Of a DNA stretch of 64,000 nt, positions 62,142 to 64,000 are shown piece by piece. The stretch is taken from NCBI GenBank assembly GCA_030828405.1, contig JAURCP010000006.1, forward strand, positions 12,015 through 76,014, read 5' to 3'. Each line of letters starts with the position of its first letter. Positions within the stretch are counted from its first letter, which is position 1. This stretch comes from Thermoplasmatota archaeon. GTDB taxonomy: Archaea; Thermoplasmatota; Poseidoniia; Poseidoniales; Thalassarchaeaceae. A program made the position numbers and the translations under genes. The notes beneath the pieces were generated by a model. The model was not told the origin of the DNA. It did not search any database and saw only the letters and a list, made by a program, of their open reading frames with translations.

Positions 62142-63050
62142 ATGCGCATCGTAATTGCACTTGGTGGGAATGCTCTTCTTCGTAGAGGAGAAGAGATGAC
62201 AGCAAATAATCAAAGAGAGAATATAAGAATAGCAGCAAGAGCTTTAGCACCAATTATTGAGGAACATGAAGTAGTAATTAGTCATGGTAATGGACCCCAA
62301 GTAGGTCTACTCTCATTACAGTCCGCCGCTTACAAAGAAGTTGAAGAATATCCACTTGATATTTTAGGGGCACAAACCCAAGGAATGATTGGCTATATGA
62401 TTGAGCAAGAATTGGGGAATTTACTACCAATTGAAAAACCTATAGCCTCTATTCTAACAATGGTGGAAATAGATCCTGAAGACCCTGCCTTTTCGAATCC
62501 TACAAAACCTATTGGGCCGGTATATTCTGAGAAAGATGCTGAACAATTAGCAGAAAATAAAGGTTGGGATATTAAACGAGATGGTGAATATTGGAGAAGA
62601 GTTGTTCCTTCACCCGAACCTCATAGAATTTTTGAGTTGAGACCAATACATTGGTTATTAGAAAAGGGAACTGTGGTAATATGTGCTGGCGGAGGAGGTA
62701 TCCCCACATCTTATGTTGAAAAAGGTAAATTGGAAGGTGTTGAGGTAGTAATTGATAAAGATAAAGCAAGTTCTTTACTAGCTTTTGAATTGGATGCTGA
62801 TTTACTAATCATGGCTACAGATACTGACGGAGTATACATTGATTGGGGTAGTGATTCACAAGAAATTATTTCAAAAACTACGCCCGAAAAAATTGGCCAA
62901 TATACATTTGATAGTGGTTCAATGGGGCCGAAAGTTGAGGCTGCTTGCACGTTTGTTGAACGAACAGGACAGAGAGCAGTAATTGGCTCTCTTAATGATA
63001 TAAAGGAAATGGTAAATAGTTTAGCGGGAACACAATTTACACTGAAATAA
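62142..63050 (+). CDS. arcC: Carbamate kinase
   Basis: [36 protein letters not shown]. Confidence 0.95.
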   Translation: MRIVIALGGNALLRRGEEMTANNQRENIRIAARALAPIIEEHEVVISHGNGPQVGLLSLQSAAYKEVEEYPLDILGAQTQGMIGYMIEQELGNLLPIEKPIASILTMVEIDPEDPAFSNPTKPIGPVYSEKDAEQLAENKGWDIKRDGEYWRRVVPSPEPHRIFELRPIHWLLEKGTVVICAGGGGIPTSYVEKGKLEGVEVVIDKDKASSLLAFELDADLLIMATDTDGVYIDWGSDSQEIISKTTPEKIGQYTFDSGSMGPKVEAACTFVERTGQRAVIGSLNDIKEMVNSLAGTQFTLK

Positions 63051-63124
63051 CATTTTGATTTGTATATTAATCAGCAAGGTATTCATATCATCGTTGTGTC
63101 AGGAGTAATTACGGAGACCAGTGT

Positions 63125-64000
63125 ATGTCAATGATTGAAGTACAAATCAATACTGAAGAAACTCATGAATATGTCTCCGGAATTACTGCCGGAGACATAT
63201 TGTTGAATGTATATGGGAAAAGAAGCGGTGCCGTCGCTGCAAATATTGATGGTGAAGAACGAGATATGTCATTTATCGTCAATAAGAATTGTAAAATTGA
63301 ACCTATTTTGGGCGATTCAGAAGAAGGATTGTATATTCTCAGGCATTCTTGTGCACATTTACTTGCACAGGCTGTTGTTGAGATTTTTCCTGAAGCTAAA
63401 CCTACTATAGGTCCACCAATTGAACATGGATTCTACTATGACTTTCATATGAATCCAATCGGAGATAGTGATCTTAAAAATATAGAGAAAAGAATGAATC
63501 AACTTGTAAGAGAAAATATTACTATTCAGAGAGAAGAGTATGATAATAATGAGCTAAGAGAATTGTTCAAAGAAAATAAATTTAAGATAGAAATTATGGA
63601 TGAAAAAATTGGAAATGAAGTTGGTTCAACCGCTTACAAACAAGGTGATTTTGTAGACCTTTGCAGAGGCCCCCATGTGCCATCTACGTCTCACCTTAGA
63701 TGGTTCAAATTAACAAGTACAAGCCAGGCTTACTGGCGCGCGGATAGGAATCGAGAACCTCTGACTCGTATTTATGGCATGTGTTATGCTAGTAAAGAAG
63801 GATTGAAAGAAAGACAAAGACAAATTGAGGAAGCGGGTAAAAGAGATCATAAAAAAATTGGAAAAGAAATGGAACTTTACATGATTGATGAAATGATTGG
63901 GAAAGGATTGCCTGTTTGGCTGCCAAATGGCGAAATTCTAAAATCAGAAATAGAAAAATATGCTTTACAGACTGAGGAGAAATATGGTTATGATAGAGTA
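63125..64000 (+). CDS. thrS: Threonyl-tRNA synthetase (bacterial type), 3'-truncated by the window edge
   Basis: Hand translation from ATG 63125: TGS domain, LRHSCAHLLAQAV, GFYYDF, DLCRGPH, RDHKKIG. Confidence 0.93.
   Translation, partial: MSMIEVQINTEETHEYVSGITAGDILLNVYGKRSGAVAANIDGEERDMSFIVNKNCKIEPILGDSEEGLYILRHSCAHLLAQAVVEIFPEAKPTIGPPIEHGFYYDFHMNPIGDSDLKNIEKRMNQLVRENITIQREEYDNNELRELFKENKFKIEIMDEKIGNEVGSTAYKQGDFVDLCRGPHVPSTSHLRWFKLTSTSQAYWRADRNREPLTRIYGMCYASKEGLKERQRQIEEAGKRDHKKIGKEMELYMIDEMIGKGLPVWLPNGEILKSEIEKYALQTEEKYGYDRV

Noticed and set aside
63207-63410. 67-aa ORF from the track
   Set aside because: Alternative frame inside thrS, which runs off the window end.
1-64000. CRISPR array or rRNA genes
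   Set aside because: No regularly spaced repeats or rRNA-like stretches were seen; nearly all sequence is accounted for by CDSs.

Overview
AT-rich archaeal DNA. The gene set (TFS, PCNA, Cdc6, thermosome, Bud32, plus bacterial-type DnaK, GlpX, class I aldolase and ThrRS) is most consistent with a Thermoplasmatota genome, probably Marine Group II/Poseidoniales; this assignment is an inference from gene content. Most of the window is housekeeping genes, two tRNA-Gly genes and a BoxB/Paa-like aromatic-CoA catabolic cluster (33.4-40.4 kb). The standout is an accessory island at about 2.3-8.9 kb. It has a structured leader, three related 30-40 aa Gly-rich peptide ORFs missing from the ORF track, and then a tight operon: ubiquitin-like protein (ending ...IVFG), JAB peptidase, small protein, Cys-containing E2 candidate, ThiF/E1 enzyme and an unannotated 50-aa CxxC zinc finger. 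A divergent 607-aa orphan and an MFS-like membrane protein flank it. Also notable are an unannotated ~300-nt multi-hairpin H/ACA-type RNA, whose last pocket matches 23S rRNA helix 69, and a highly divergent TBP-fold protein. All calls come from reading motifs by eye; no searches or folding programs were run.
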